Assembly (NCBI GenBank): GCA_963668315.1
Contig: OY764216.1
Coordinates: 3,840,001-3,904,000 of the forward strand
Reading direction: 5' to 3'
DNA from: Spirochaetia bacterium
GTDB lineage: Bacteria > Spirochaetota > Spirochaetia > DSM-2461
Length of the DNA: 64,000 nucleotides
The number at the start of each line of letters is the position of its first letter. The stretch's first letter is position 1. Shown in pieces: positions 62,796 to 64,000 of this stretch. The position numbers and the translations under genes were made by a program. The notes under the pieces are model-generated. The model did no database searches, was not told the DNA's origin, and saw only the letters and a list, made by a program, of their open reading frames with translations.

Positions 62796-63421
62796 CCGGT
62801 CTCTGACTATCGGCTCATTAATAACATTCACGGCGAAATCCTTCAATTGCTTCTGTCTGTAGGCGTTTCTAAGGTGATAGGTAGTAGCCCTCCGGTTTCT
62901 TAAAACTCCGCTCTTTCCCAGGGGGAGTGCGGCCACGCAGATTGTGGCGATAATCTTTCCTTTTCCGTCAAAATCCCTGATTAATTTCAGGAATCTTTCG
63001 TCATACGCCTCTTCATAAAAACCGAATTCTTCAAATCCGCCGGGTATGGCCAGAGCGTCATATTCATCAACGTTGATTTCCCCTATTGTCTTATCCGCAA
63101 GAACCGGTACGTTAAAGGTGCTTATGACTGTATTCCTGAAGCCGCAGGTTTCAACGGATATATCATGGCCATAATCGTTTCTGGCCCAGCCCAGGACATC
63201 GACAAAAACACTGAATTCCATTGTTTCGAACCCTTTTGCAAGAAACAGTAATACTCTCTTTTTTCCCATCATTCTCTCCCCGGATTTATAGAGTGTTGCA
63301 TAAGTCCCTCATAGATCCGTAATAATGCCATTATCCGTACGGTAATGACAGAAGATACCATAGATTTTGCTATTTTGTCCCCGTCGATCGAACGGGGGAA
63401 AAAAGCACGGACTTACCTCTT

Positions 63422-63823
63422 CTATTTCAAAAAATCCCGAACGGCTTTCAGGACATCTCTTGAATTGTCATAGGTGATGATTTCAAGGGCTTCCCCATAG
63501 GTTAACCATTTGACACGTTTAATCTCGGATTTATCGATAGTACCTTCCCCTTCCCTGATGGCTTCAGCTAAAAAGAGGGTTACTTCCTTTTCTTCTCCCC
63601 ATGGCAATAGGTATCCTATGGTTTCTTCAAAGCCCTTTTGAATCAGAATATGATAATTCGTTTCTTCGAGAACTTCCCTCAATGCCGTTTCATGGGGAAG
63701 TTCGTTTTGATCGGGATGACCTTTGGGAAAATCCCAATGGAGATCATTCTGATGCTGAACCAACAGAAACTGGTACTCCTCCGACTCTCTTCGAAAAACC
63801 ACGGCACCGTAAGATTTATCCAT
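63422..63823 (-). CDS. NUDIX hydrolase, asymmetrical Ap4A hydrolase-like
   Basis: MDKSYGAVVFR, HWDFPKGH, Nudix box G.....E.......REVLEETN, KEVTLFLA. GAGGAG SD before ATG 63823. Confidence 0.88.
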   Translation of the reverse strand: MDKSYGAVVFRRESEEYQFLLVQHQNDLHWDFPKGHPDQNELPHETALREVLEETNYHILIQKGFEETIGYLLPWGEEKEVTLFLAEAIREGEGTIDKSEIKRVKWLTYGEALEIITYDNSRDVLKAVRDFLK

Positions 63824-63825
63824 GG

Positions 63826-64000
63826 ATGTCTCCTCTATTTTGTATTGCATAACATCGTTCACCCATTCCGTCAGAAATTGCCATTGTTCCCGGGTATGGA
63901 AATAGTGTTCGCCCTTCTCCATGATTGTTACCGTACAATCATGTTTTTCCCCGGAATATATCGAGCACACTCTTCTCAGTCAACCGATCATTCCCGCCGA
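63826..64000 (-). pseudogene. 3' end of an alpha/beta-hydrolase-like gene with an apparent +1 frameshift (partial at window edge)
   Basis: Frame A reads GGNDRLTEKSVLDIFR then stops at 63939-63941. Removing one base of the C4 run at 63949-63952 continues as EKHDCTVTIMEKGEHYFHT..Q...L..W, typical of a hydrolase Asp/His-bearing C-terminus. Confidence 0.55.

Larger units (their letters stand above)
61361..63272 (-). pseudogene. DJ-1/PfpI family protein split by IS481 (parts 62796-63272 and 61361-61480)
   Basis: 5' part: GFETME, IPGG, ATICVAA (catalytic Cys). Removing the IS and one CCGG restores ...EPIVRDR-NIITSYCPETAPGVAFELLKMLTS...AMGFEG* (198 aa). Confidence 0.92.
56619..64000. mobile_element. 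Probable genomic-island remnant / accessory region starting at the tmRNA 3' end (right boundary not defined)
   Basis: Visible shift to AT-richer sequence immediately after ssrA, tandem arm-like repeats at 56688-56707, accessory genes, an IS and pseudogenes. No integrase seen in the window. Confidence 0.5.

Overview
Bacterial chromosomal segment, most likely from a free-living spirochaete (Spirochaetaceae-like). The inference rests on the ispE-spoVG-tRNA-rplY-pth-tilS-ftsH and rplU-prp-rpmA-obg-nadD-yqeK-LCP-rsfS gene orders, a stand-alone FliG paralog, a tandem-domain Ndk and a tmRNA tag starting AKKED. Positions 1-56.6 kb are mostly core genes on the minus strand (ftsH, nadB/C/D, gltB/D, pyrG, hisS, lacZ-like GH2, the AmmeMemoRadiSam triad), with two tRNAs (Gln-TTG, Leu-TAA). 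An accessory patch at about 18-32 kb holds a diguanylate cyclase, transporters, a membrane-anchored AraC next to a 7-repeat FG-GAP lipoprotein, comM/yifB and a nonsense-interrupted DUF1566 lipoprotein. From the 3' end of tmRNA (56245-56618) the sequence becomes visibly AT-richer and island-like: a B-repeat lipoprotein, GNAT/HIT/GNAT/VOC genes, an IS481 element splitting a DJ-1/PfpI gene, and a NUDIX gene. The most notable signals are regulatory. (i) Several genes look leaderless, and pyrG has -10 followed by GAAGACCC-ATG, the geometry of the CTP-sensing pyrC start-site switch but with the low-CTP start on the A of the start codon. (ii) An ndk leader hairpin could be gated by start-site choice. 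(iii) A candidate sRNA carries an anti-SD plus anti-ATGAAAAA seed. Also noteworthy are the FG-GAP lipoprotein with a beta-pore-forming-like tail, an 82-aa 45%-acidic protein, a Prp protease without an L27 extension, and a 21-residue tmRNA tag with an internal hairpin. All functional calls come from motif recognition; no searches were run.
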